DNA of 32,000 bases from Bacillus manliponensis. GTDB lineage: Bacteria > Bacillota > Bacilli > Bacillales > Bacillaceae_G. Positions 23,095 to 31,362 of this stretch are shown piece after piece. The position numbers and the translations under genes were made by a program. The first letter of the stretch is position 1, and each line of letters opens with the position of its first letter. The notes beneath the pieces are model-generated. The model worked only from the letters and a program-made list of their open reading frames with translations. It had not been told where the DNA came from and did no database searches. The stretch covers positions 15,901-47,900 of the forward strand of contig NZ_JOTN01000001.1 of NCBI RefSeq assembly GCF_000712595.1. Direction: 5' to 3'.

Positions 23095-23802
23095 CTACTC
23101 CTCTAATACATGTAACGTCCGGCACAACTGATACAAATAATTCACACCACGAACTTGCGCCCGATTTAATTGATTCAAGTACTCAATAGAATCCTTCGCG
23201 ACTTTTTTCGCCTGTTCAATGTTGTTATGATCTAATTCCTTTATGACTTCTTTAATGACATCAAGTGAATAGACACTCGTTTTTAACGTACGAATGATTA
23301 AAATTTTCCTTACATGAAATCGATTAAACCTTCTATACCCGTTTTCTGGATCACGTGATGTTGTAATGAGTCCTATCTTTTCCCAGTGACGTATGGCCGA
23401 ACTTGGGACTAACGTTTCTTCCGATACTTCGCCGATTGTCATCCACTTCTTCTTTCTCGGTACATCTATGTTATCAAACTCTTGTCCTTCCAAAACTTCA
23501 ACTGTCTTCTCCGCAACTTGTTTATCACGGTACAAAGCTGCCTGAGCTTCGCTAACGAGCCAAAGTGCCGCGTCTACCTCTTTCTTTTGAATCTTTTTCA
23601 GTACATCGCTAATAAGCTGCATGCTAAAAACGGGATACATCGCACGAATACAGGCAAAATAAGCAACATGTTCTTCTGTATAAATGCGGTAACCATTTGG
23701 AGCACGCTCAGGGGCTGGAATAATCCCCCATGATTCATAATGTCTAAGAGCACTCGTACTAATATTTAATTGTTTCGCAACATCAATTGGACGAAATTGC
23801 AA
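23095..23802 (-). CDS. MerR-family regulator carrying two MerR-type HTH domains in one chain
   Basis: HTH 1 is RPIDVAKQLNISTSALRHYESWGIIPAPERAPNGYRIYTEEHV. HTH 2 is MTIGEVSEETLVPSSAIRHWEKIGLITTSRDPENGYRRFNRFHV. Each is followed by a helical segment. Confidence 0.85.
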   Translation of the reverse strand: MQFRPIDVAKQLNISTSALRHYESWGIIPAPERAPNGYRIYTEEHVAYFACIRAMYPVFSMQLISDVLKKIQKKEVDAALWLVSEAQAALYRDKQVAEKTVEVLEGQEFDNIDVPRKKKWMTIGEVSEETLVPSSAIRHWEKIGLITTSRDPENGYRRFNRFHVRKILIIRTLKTSVYSLDVIKEVIKELDHNNIEQAKKVAKDSIEYLNQLNRAQVRGVNYLYQLCRTLHVLEE

Positions 23803-23970
23803 ATCGACCCACCTCTTCAGTTAAAGATTATAAAAAAACATTAAAATACCATGACGGATTTTTTAGAAATAACGCTATTATATCAAATCTATTTTCTTAA
23901 AACCTTATCACTTGCATGAAAGTTGTACAATAAGGTTGTAAATTAAATTGTAATGAGGAGGAGATTTTAT

Positions 23971-26394
23971 TTGAAACATACAATTGAAATTAAAGGCGCT
24001 TACGAAAATAATTTAAAAAACATCTCTTTATCGATTCCGAAGCATAAACTTGTTGTAGTAACTGGACCATCTGGATCTGGCAAATCAACGTTAGCAATGG
24101 ATACGCTGCAACGAGAGTGTCAGCGTCAATATATGGATTCTATGGGTATGGCAACTGATTCCTTAAGTAAATCAAAAGTAGATTCCATTACAGGGCTTTC
24201 TCCTTCTATTAGTGTTGGACAGCACGTTACAAACCGCAATCCTCGTTCAACGGTTGGAACTGTAAGCGATATGTATACGTATTTACGCTTTATCTATGAA
24301 GTTCTTGGCGAGCGTCCTTGCCAAAACTGCGCTACAACTATATTCCCAAATTTAGAGACGGATGATACAAATAATCTCCAATACTGCCCAAACTGTAATC
24401 ATCCTCACGAAAGACTAACGAGTAGCCACTTTTCGTTCAACACACTAAATGGTGCATGTGAAACTTGTAGCGGTATGGGGAAAGTTTCTCACATTCGTAT
24501 GGAATCTGTTTTTAATGAAGAGTTAAGTGTCAAAGATGGCTGTGTTTCCATTTGGTATGCCGCTTACCTTGATTATCAAGCGAATATTTTAGTAGAAGCA
24601 GCAAAACATTACGGATTCACATTTGATCTTGATATGCCTCTCAAAGATTATAGCGATGTACAACGTGATTTGTTATATTACGGCGTTGAAAGTGATGAGT
24701 TTAAAAGACATTTCCCTGACATCAACCCGCCAAAAAGCGTTGGAAAAGGAAAATTTGAAGGCGTACTAACTGGCATGTGGAGACGTTATAAAGAAAAGAA
24801 TGGGCAATCTGGTGATGCTGCTTATTTCTATGAAAAACAATGTCACGATTGCGATGGAAAACGACTCAAAAAAGAAAGCCGCGAAGTGACAGTTGCAGGT
24901 GCCCCCATTACAGACCTTTCAACATTTTCACTGGAAAATATGCTTTCTTGGTTACTTGAACTAGAGCAGTCGCTTACACCTAAAAGTAAACTACTCGTTG
25001 AAACCGTCTTACATGACTTTATTGTAAAAGTAAAAAGGGTAATTGATGTTGGATTAGGCTACTTATCCATTGATAGACAAGTCATCACATTATCAGGTGG
25101 CGAAGCTCAGCGCCTAAGACTTGCAAATATTCTTGGCTCTGGCTTAACAGGTGTACTCTACATTTTAGATGAACCAACAGCCGGACTACACCCTAAAGAT
25201 ACAAAAGGACTTATTCATGTCATGAAACAACTCCGCGATTTAGGAAACACCGTTTTAGTGATTGAGCATGACATTGAAGTCATGCGCGAAGCCGATCATA
25301 TTATTGATATGGGACCAGAAGCTGGGCACAAAGGTGGTACTGTCGTTGGAGAAGGGAGCTTACAACAATTAATCGAGCAAGAACAGTCTGTTACAGGCGC
25401 ATTCTTAAGAGAGGAAACTCCTCATACACAAATGCGCAGAACAGGTAACGGCCAATTCGTTACAATCTCTAATGCAACGAAACATAATTTAAAAGATGTA
25501 ACAGTCTCCTTCCCACTCGGTTGCTTCATTACTGTTTCTGGAGTGTCTGGGTCAGGCAAATCTACATTAGTCTTTGATTTACTCGCTTCTGAAAAGAATG
25601 AGAACCGCACAGGGTTTGAAGCTGTAAAAAATCTCGTTACCGTTACTCAGTCCCCGATCGGTCGTATGCAGCGTTCTAATATTGCCACATATACAGACAC
25701 GTTTACATTATTTCGAAACTTATTTTCAAGCCTCCCTGCTGCAAAAGAGCAAGGACTAAAAGCAAAGGACTTTTCCTTTAACACACAAGGAGGTAGATGT
25801 GAAAACTGCCAAGGCCTAGGATTTGTAACAATCGACATGCATTTCTTACATGAAATTGAAGTAAAATGTCCAATTTGCCAAGGAAAACGTTTTAAAGATG
25901 AAATTTTAAATGTCACTTACAAAGAGCATTCAATTTCTAGCATTCTTGATATGACCGTAGAAGAAAGTCTACCTTTATTCCACGATCACAAAAAGCTAAT
26001 CAGTATGATAGAACTGCTATGTGAAATCGGACTTGGTTATTTAAAATGGGGGCAATCTGTCACAACATTATCTGGAGGAGAAGGACAACGACTAAAACTC
26101 GCAAAAGATTTAAACAAACAATCAAAAGACCACACTCTTTACTTACTGGATGAACCTTCAACAGGTCTACATCCAAGTGATGTAAAGAAACTGCTTCTTC
26201 TATTAAACAGACTCGTTGATGCAGGGAATACCGTTATTGTTGTAGAACACAATAGCGATATTATTCGGAGCGCCGATTGGGTCATCGATATGGGACCACT
26301 CGGTGGAGAAGCAGGTGGTATGGTCGTTGCAGAAGGTACACCAGAAACAATTGCAGCTACAGAAGCCTCTTATACCGGTTCTTTTTTAAAGTAA
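23971..26394 (+). CDS. UvrA-like ABC ATPase paralogue (807 aa, shorter than canonical UvrA)
   Basis: It has two ABC modules. The Walker A motifs are GPSGSGKST and GVSGSGKST, the signatures are LSGGEAQRL and LSGGEGQRL, and the Walker B motifs are LYILDEP and LYLLDEP. Cys-rich zinc modules are CQNC..CPNC, CETC, CHDC and CENC..CPIC. I prefer the TTG at 23971, 7 nt after GGAGGAG, because the track's ATG at 23953 lies inside the SD region. Confidence 0.85.
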   Translation: MKHTIEIKGAYENNLKNISLSIPKHKLVVVTGPSGSGKSTLAMDTLQRECQRQYMDSMGMATDSLSKSKVDSITGLSPSISVGQHVTNRNPRSTVGTVSDMYTYLRFIYEVLGERPCQNCATTIFPNLETDDTNNLQYCPNCNHPHERLTSSHFSFNTLNGACETCSGMGKVSHIRMESVFNEELSVKDGCVSIWYAAYLDYQANILVEAAKHYGFTFDLDMPLKDYSDVQRDLLYYGVESDEFKRHFPDINPPKSVGKGKFEGVLTGMWRRYKEKNGQSGDAAYFYEKQCHDCDGKRLKKESREVTVAGAPITDLSTFSLENMLSWLLELEQSLTPKSKLLVETVLHDFIVKVKRVIDVGLGYLSIDRQVITLSGGEAQRLRLANILGSGLTGVLYILDEPTAGLHPKDTKGLIHVMKQLRDLGNTVLVIEHDIEVMREADHIIDMGPEAGHKGGTVVGEGSLQQLIEQEQSVTGAFLREETPHTQMRRTGNGQFVTISNATKHNLKDVTVSFPLGCFITVSGVSGSGKSTLVFDLLASEKNENRTGFEAVKNLVTVTQSPIGRMQRSNIATYTDTFTLFRNLFSSLPAAKEQGLKAKDFSFNTQGGRCENCQGLGFVTIDMHFLHEIEVKCPICQGKRFKDEILNVTYKEHSISSILDMTVEESLPLFHDHKKLISMIELLCEIGLGYLKWGQSVTTLSGGEGQRLKLAKDLNKQSKDHTLYLLDEPSTGLHPSDVKKLLLLLNRLVDAGNTVIVVEHNSDIIRSADWVIDMGPLGGEAGGMVVAEGTPETIAATEASYTGSFLK

Positions 26395-26411
26395 AAGCTT
26401 ATATAATAAAC

Positions 26412-26450
26412 ACTTAAGTGGAATAAGACTTCATCTTATTCCACTTAAAG
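26412..26450 (+). other. Intercistronic hairpin between the UvrA-like and ABC exporter genes
   Basis: ACTTAAGTGGAATAAG pairs with CTTATTCCACTTAA (at least 14 bp, 7-nt loop). The tail is only weakly T-rich (AGTTTTAAAAAG). Confidence 0.5.
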
Positions 26451-26474
26451 TTTTAAAAAGATTGGAGAATTGGA

Positions 26475-28208
26475 ATGGAAGAAAAACAAACAGGGCTAAA
26501 ACCTTTTATATCCCTTATTACGTCATCTAACGTACCAAAATTTGCGCTAACGATCGGTTTAGTTACAGGTATTATTACAACGATTGCTGGTCTAGCAATA
26601 CCGCTATTAACGAAAGAATTAATTGATGGTTTTTCTGTTACTTCGCTTAGCATCCCGCTAATTATCGCCATTGTTGTTGCTTTCCTTTTGCAAGCTGCGA
26701 TTGATGGTTTTTCTATTTACGCACTGAGCTTAGTTGGACAAAAGATTGTCGCAAATATTCGCGATCGTATGTGGGTAAAGTTAATTCGTTTACCAGTTAG
26801 CTATTTTGCAAAAGAATCAAGCGGTGAAACAGTGAGCCGCGTCGTGAACGATACGAATATTGTACGTGAATTAATTAGCACACATTTTCCGCAGTTCATT
26901 ACGGGGATTATTTCGATTATTGGTGCAGTCATTGTCCTCTTTGTTATGGATTGGAAAATGACATTACTAATGTTAATTGCTGTTCCTCTCACACTTGCCA
27001 TTATGTTTCCTCTCGGTAAGAGAATGGCGAAAATTTCACGTGGTCTGCAAGATGAAACAGCTACGTTTACAGGAAACATTCAGCAAACACTTAGTGAAAT
27101 CCGTTTAATGAAAGCATCCACAGCAGAAAATTATGAAGAAACAAAAGGACTAAAAGGTATCCAAACATTATTAAACTACGGTTTAAAAGAGGCACGTATT
27201 TTCGCTTTAATTGGACCAATTATGCACCTTGTCATTATGGTCGTGATTGTAACGATTATTAGTTACGGTGGTATGCGCGTTGCAAACGGAACAATGTCAA
27301 CAGGTGCACTCGTTGCCTTCTTACTGTACTTGTTCCAAATCATTTATCCTGTTACATCATTTGCAATGTTCTTTACACAGCTTCAAAAAGCAAAAGGAGC
27401 AACGGAACGTATTATTGATATTTTAGAACTTCCACTAGAAGAAGGGCAAACTGGTATTGAGATGGATATTACAAACCAACCAATTCATGTGAAACATATT
27501 TCGTTCTCTTATAGTGATGAAGAAAAAGTGTTAGAGGATATTTCCTTTGAAGCAGAACCAGGAGAAATGATTGCTTTTGCCGGGCCAAGTGGCGGCGGAA
27601 AAACAACGATGTTTGGCTTGCTTGAACAATTCCATAGACCGACTAATGGGGAAATTACAATTGGAGATACTTCCATTCACGATCTATCCCTAGAATCATG
27701 GCGCAGTCAAATTGGTTACGTGTCACAAGAGAGCGCAATGATGGCAGGAACAATTCGCGAAAACTTATGTTACGGATTAAAAAACAGCAAAGCAATTCCA
27801 GATGAACGCCTTTGGGAAGTTGCCAAAATGGCGTACGCTGATGAATTTATTAAAGAGTTCCCAAATGGTCTTGATACAGAAGTTGGTGAGCGTGGCGTCA
27901 AGTTATCAGGTGGTCAAAGACAACGTATTGCCATCGCACGCGCCTTCTTACGTGATCCAAAAATCTTAATGATGGACGAAGCAACCGCAAGCTTAGATAG
28001 CCAGTCCGAAAGCATTGTCCAAGCTGCACTAACAGGACTTATGGAGGGGCGCACAACCTTTGTCATCGCCCACCGCCTATCCACAATTGTTGATGCTGAT
28101 AAAATCATCTTCATTGAAAAAGGAAAAGTAACAGGCATTGGTACTCACTCACAGTTAATCGAATCACATGAATTATACCGCGAATTTGCGGAACAACAGT
28201 TAGCATGA
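26475..28208 (+). CDS. ABC exporter, fused permease/ATPase half-transporter (multidrug-type)
   Basis: The N-terminal domain has 6 TM segments. The NBD has Walker A GPSGGGKTT, signature LSGGQRQRIAIARA and Walker B ILMMDEATASLD. GGAG RBS. Confidence 0.9.
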   Translation: MEEKQTGLKPFISLITSSNVPKFALTIGLVTGIITTIAGLAIPLLTKELIDGFSVTSLSIPLIIAIVVAFLLQAAIDGFSIYALSLVGQKIVANIRDRMWVKLIRLPVSYFAKESSGETVSRVVNDTNIVRELISTHFPQFITGIISIIGAVIVLFVMDWKMTLLMLIAVPLTLAIMFPLGKRMAKISRGLQDETATFTGNIQQTLSEIRLMKASTAENYEETKGLKGIQTLLNYGLKEARIFALIGPIMHLVIMVVIVTIISYGGMRVANGTMSTGALVAFLLYLFQIIYPVTSFAMFFTQLQKAKGATERIIDILELPLEEGQTGIEMDITNQPIHVKHISFSYSDEEKVLEDISFEAEPGEMIAFAGPSGGGKTTMFGLLEQFHRPTNGEITIGDTSIHDLSLESWRSQIGYVSQESAMMAGTIRENLCYGLKNSKAIPDERLWEVAKMAYADEFIKEFPNGLDTEVGERGVKLSGGQRQRIAIARAFLRDPKILMMDEATASLDSQSESIVQAALTGLMEGRTTFVIAHRLSTIVDADKIIFIEKGKVTGIGTHSQLIESHELYREFAEQQLA

Positions 28209-28212
28209 TTGT

Positions 28213-28239
28213 AACCACCGGGGGACCGGTGGTTTTTTT
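28213..28239 (+). terminator. Rho-independent terminator
   Basis: AACCACCGG-GGGA-CCGGTGGTT followed by TTTTTT. Confidence 0.85.
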
Positions 28240-28255
28240 ATGTTGATGAAATGGA

Positions 28256-28342
28256 ATCGCCGATAAACTCTATAAAACAGCCGATAGTTCATCAAAAATA
28301 GCCGATAAACTCTATAAAATAGCCGATAAAAGAAATTTTTTA
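28256..28342. repeat. Four tandem 21-bp units, each beginning with GCCGATA
   Basis: GCCGATA occurs at 28259, 28280, 28301 and 28322, an exact 21-bp phase. Units 1 and 3 are identical over GCCGATAAACTCTATAAAA. Units 2 and 4 diverge after the 7-mer. Confidence 0.85.
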
Positions 28343-28344
28343 GC

Positions 28345-28776
28345 CTACTCACATTTTCGTCGGTACTCTTCTATCTTTCTCTTTGCAAACTCCCGCGCAT
28401 CTTTTTCAATCCAGCGCTCTGCGTATGTCTCGTTGCCAACGTATAGTACATGCTCTTCATGTTGCATATGATGACGAAACTCATGAAGTAACGTTTCTAA
28501 CACTTTTTCATATTGCTCCCATATACAAATAAAAATGATACTCCGTTCTTTATGATAGAAGCCGCTAATTGGAAATAGAAACTCCTCCTCCTCTTCTCCT
28601 AATAAAGCAAGTACATCATTCGCACTGCACGTATCACAAAATACAACCGGCACATGTTTCTTTTCTATTAATAAAAACAAATCTTTCTTTATTTTGCTTA
28701 CATCCCAAGGAAAATCAGCATCGAGTACATACCAGTTTTCGGACCGCTCATATATGTGCTCAAGTGGAAGTTCCAT
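28345..28776 (-). CDS. Small cytoplasmic protein with an HExxH motif (putative zinc metallopeptidase-like)
   Basis: 143 aa. The motif is LLHEFRHHMQHEEH, and an acidic run LGEEEEEF is present. I am not confident of any family assignment. Confidence 0.55.
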   Translation of the reverse strand: MELPLEHIYERSENWYVLDADFPWDVSKIKKDLFLLIEKKHVPVVFCDTCSANDVLALLGEEEEEFLFPISGFYHKERSIIFICIWEQYEKVLETLLHEFRHHMQHEEHVLYVGNETYAERWIEKDAREFAKRKIEEYRRKCE

Positions 28777-28862
28777 TATATAAGCTCCCTTCTCTTACGT
28801 TATACAAAAAAACGCTCGTCCAAAACATATTTTTCCAATTAAAATATTATACGCAAAAGGGG

Positions 28863-28900
28863 TTGATTTTATACCCACTATTAGATTATAATAATTATAA
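28863..28900 (+). promoter_or_regulatory. dps promoter with a PerR box overlapping the -10
   Basis: TTGATT (28863-28868), an 18-nt spacer, then TATAAT (28887-28892). TTATAATAATTATAA at 28886-28900 matches the 7-1-7 PerR box TTATAATNATTATAA at every position. Confidence 0.7.
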
Positions 28901-28949
28901 ATTAGTAAAGATTATAAAATAAAACTCATAATAAAAGGAGTCGGATCAC

Positions 28950-29390
28950 ATGAACAAACAAGTAATCGAAGTATTAAATAAGCAGGTAGCAGACTGGAAC
29001 GTACTATTCACAAAATTACACAACTTCCATTGGTACGTAAAAGGACCTCAGTTCTTTACACTACATGAGAAATTCGAACAATTTTACACAGAAGCAGCTA
29101 CAAACATTGACGAAATTGCAGAGCGCATTTTAGCAATTGGCGGACAACCTGTGGCAACAATGAAAGAATACTTACAACTATCTTCTGTTCAAGAAGCAAC
29201 TTACGGAGAAACTGCGGAAGGGATGGTAGAAGCAATTATGAAAGACTACGAAGTGATGCTAGGCGAACTGAAAAAAGGAATGGAAATCGCCCAAGAATCA
29301 GACGACGAAATGACATCAGACTTACTACTAGGTATCTACACAGAACTTGAAAAACACGCATGGATGCTACGCGCATTCCTTGGACGATAA
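28950..29390 (+). CDS. dps: Dps-family DNA-binding ferritin-like protein (MrgA/Dps type)
   Basis: The translation reads [24 protein letters not shown]...[12 protein letters not shown]. 146 aa, with an AAAGGAG RBS. Confidence 0.9.
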   Translation: MNKQVIEVLNKQVADWNVLFTKLHNFHWYVKGPQFFTLHEKFEQFYTEAATNIDEIAERILAIGGQPVATMKEYLQLSSVQEATYGETAEGMVEAIMKDYEVMLGELKKGMEIAQESDDEMTSDLLLGIYTELEKHAWMLRAFLGR

Positions 29391-29450
29391 AAATAAAGGC
29401 AAAGAGCTTGCCATCGCAGCTGGATATTATAAAAGCGGCTCGTTCAACAC

Positions 29451-29484
29451 AAAGAAGCTTGGAATCCACATTCCAAGCTTCTTT
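29451..29484. terminator. Bidirectional terminator between convergent genes
   Basis: AAAGAAGCTTGGAAT (29451-29465) pairs with ATTCCAAGCTTCTTT (29470-29484). Confidence 0.8.
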
Positions 29485-29485
29485 C

Positions 29486-29815
29486 TTATATATTCTCTTC
29501 TGCTTCTTTTCTTTTTACCTCTTTTGAAGTATAGACGAGAAAATTAATCAAACTTAATACTCCAACAGCAATGCATAGGAAGAATGATTGTGTATCTCCC
29601 CCAGCATTATATTCATCAGCGATAATTCCAGTTGCCATTAATGTTAGCGCTGCAACACCACAGCAAATAACGAGTATAAACGTAAGCGAAACACCGTTAA
29701 TCCACTTCTTTTTTTGGAAGATGACAACAAGCAATAGTAACACGAGCGCTGCCACTAACAATTGAAAAACAGGCTGTAAAAATACTACATCTGAAATTGG
29801 AACTTCGATAACCAT
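29486..29815 (-). CDS. Small membrane protein (3-4 TM segments), 18 nt downstream of the LOG gene
   Basis: ATG after AGGGGGA. The sequence is hydrophobic throughout and ends in a charged tail, KEVKRKEAEENI. Confidence 0.6.
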   Translation of the reverse strand: MVIEVPISDVVFLQPVFQLLVAALVLLLLVVIFQKKKWINGVSLTFILVICCGVAALTLMATGIIADEYNAGGDTQSFFLCIAVGVLSLINFLVYTSKEVKRKEAEENI

Positions 29816-29833
29816 ATTCCCCCTACCTTTTCA

Positions 29834-30412
29834 TTATACGAGCTGTTTCCACTTTGTCCCCATCACTGGGCGTTCATAGTGTTTCATTCTCATAAGTAGT
29901 TCTTCTGCAGTCTCTCCTGCTACAATTAATCCTTTATTTGATGGATTCATAAAACCTTCTTCTGCTGCCTTTTCTACCATTTGTAAAAGTGGTGCGTAAA
30001 ACTCTGCAACGTTTAACACTCCAACTGGCTTTTCGTGAATCCCAATTTGTGACCAACATACAACTTCAAATAATTCTTCAAATGTACCGTATCCACCTGG
30101 CAGTGCGATAAATGCATCAGCTAACTCCGCCATTTTTGCTTTTCGCTCATGCATTGTCTCTACTTCAATGAGCTCAGTTAATCCTTCATGAACAATTTCA
30201 CCACGGAACAATCCACTTGGCATTACACCTGTTACACGTCCGCCCAGTTTTAATACTTCATTTGCAACTTCGCCCATTAAACCAACGCATGAACCGCCAT
30301 ATACAAGTTCATACCCGTTCTTCACAAGCAGCTCTCCAAGCTTTTTCGCCTGCATCGTATACTCTTCTCTTTCTCCTAAATTGGAACCTGCAAATACACA
30401 AATCTTCTTCAT
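29834..30412 (-). CDS. LOG-family (TIGR00730-type) nucleotide 5'-monophosphate phosphoribohydrolase, similar in size and architecture to B. subtilis YvdD
   Basis: The PGGxGTxxE motif is present as LPGGYGTFEELFE, along with the N-terminal VFAGS and GGSCVGLMG. Length is 192 aa. Confidence 0.85.
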   Translation of the reverse strand: MKKICVFAGSNLGEREEYTMQAKKLGELLVKNGYELVYGGSCVGLMGEVANEVLKLGGRVTGVMPSGLFRGEIVHEGLTELIEVETMHERKAKMAELADAFIALPGGYGTFEELFEVVCWSQIGIHEKPVGVLNVAEFYAPLLQMVEKAAEEGFMNPSNKGLIVAGETAEELLMRMKHYERPVMGTKWKQLV

Positions 30413-30485
30413 ACCCGACCCCCGAGACTAAATATTGTTGTGATACAATAAAAATTGTACAACATATAGAGGGGATGAGAAAGAA

Positions 30486-30809
30486 ATGAACATTGTTGAA
30501 TTTCAAAAGTGGGTTGAGGAATTTTATGAAAAGCGTAATTGGTCACAGTATGATTCATTTATTCGGTTAAACTTTTTAACAGAAGAAGTAGGTGAAGTAT
30601 CAAGAGTTGTACGGGCAATTGAAATCGGCCGAGACCGACCTGATGAGCATGAAAAAGCAAGTGATGAGCTACGTACAGAATTAACGGAAGAACTCGGTGA
30701 CGTTCTTGCAAATTTAATTATTCTTTCTCAAAAATATGACATCGATCTACAAGATGTTATGGACACACACGTAGAAAAACTTTCAAAACGTTTTAATAAC
30801 ATTCAATAA
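30486..30809 (+). CDS. MazG-like nucleoside triphosphate pyrophosphohydrolase domain protein
   Basis: The EExxE...ExxD metal-binding pattern is present as LTEEVGEVSR...LTEELGDVLANL. Length is 107 aa. Confidence 0.8.
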   Translation: MNIVEFQKWVEEFYEKRNWSQYDSFIRLNFLTEEVGEVSRVVRAIEIGRDRPDEHEKASDELRTELTEELGDVLANLIILSQKYDIDLQDVMDTHVEKLSKRFNNIQ

Positions 30810-30849
30810 TCATGATATAATAGCGGCATAACAATTAAGGAGGCATTTT

Positions 30850-31356
30850 ATGTTATCTAAAAACTTACTTGATGCTTTAAATGACCAAATGAACTTTGAG
30901 TTTTATTCAGCACATGCTTATATGGCAATGGCTGCGTACTGTACTTCAGAAAGCTACGATGGATTCGCAAACTTCTTCCTTGTTCAAGCTGAAGAGGAAC
31001 GCTTCCATGCGATGAAATTATATAACTACATTAACGACCGCGGTGAGCGCGCAATTATTACTGGATTTAACAATCCAAATAACGAATACAAATCTATTCT
31101 AGAAGCATTTGAAATTGCACTTGAACATGAGCGTGAAGTAACGAAGCGCATTTACAACTTGTCTGATATCGCATTAGATGAGCGTGAGCATGCGACAATG
31201 ACATTCTTAAAATGGTTCGTTGACGAGCAAGTAGAAGAAGAAGCTTCCTTCGACAGCATCATTCAAAAGTTAAAACGTGTCCAAAATGACTCTAACGCGT
31301 TATTCATGATTGATGCAGAGCTTGCAAAACGTACATTTACTGCACCAGCTGAGTAA
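30850..31356 (+). CDS. ftn: Non-haem bacterial ferritin
   Basis: The translation reads LNDQMNFEFYSAHAYMAMAAY...QAEEERFHAMKL...ALEHEREVT...WFVDEQVEEE, which carries the ferroxidase-centre residues. AAGGAGG RBS. Confidence 0.9.
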   Translation: MLSKNLLDALNDQMNFEFYSAHAYMAMAAYCTSESYDGFANFFLVQAEEERFHAMKLYNYINDRGERAIITGFNNPNNEYKSILEAFEIALEHEREVTKRIYNLSDIALDEREHATMTFLKWFVDEQVEEEASFDSIIQKLKRVQNDSNALFMIDAELAKRTFTAPAE

Positions 31357-31362
31357 TCCACC

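Noticed and set aside
23953-23970. ATG at 23953 as the start of the UvrA-like gene
   Set aside because: This ATG is part of the sequence ATGAGGAGGAG, which contains the Shine-Dalgarno for the TTG at 23971. The extension MRRRFY has no counterpart in the UvrA N-terminus, which normally begins just before the first Walker A.
28256-28342. GCCGATA repeats as sigma-D promoters (-10 consensus GCCGATAT)
   Set aside because: The available TAAA motifs lie 3 or 12 nt upstream rather than about 15 nt. No gene lies downstream in the plus orientation, and four phased copies are not explained by a promoter.
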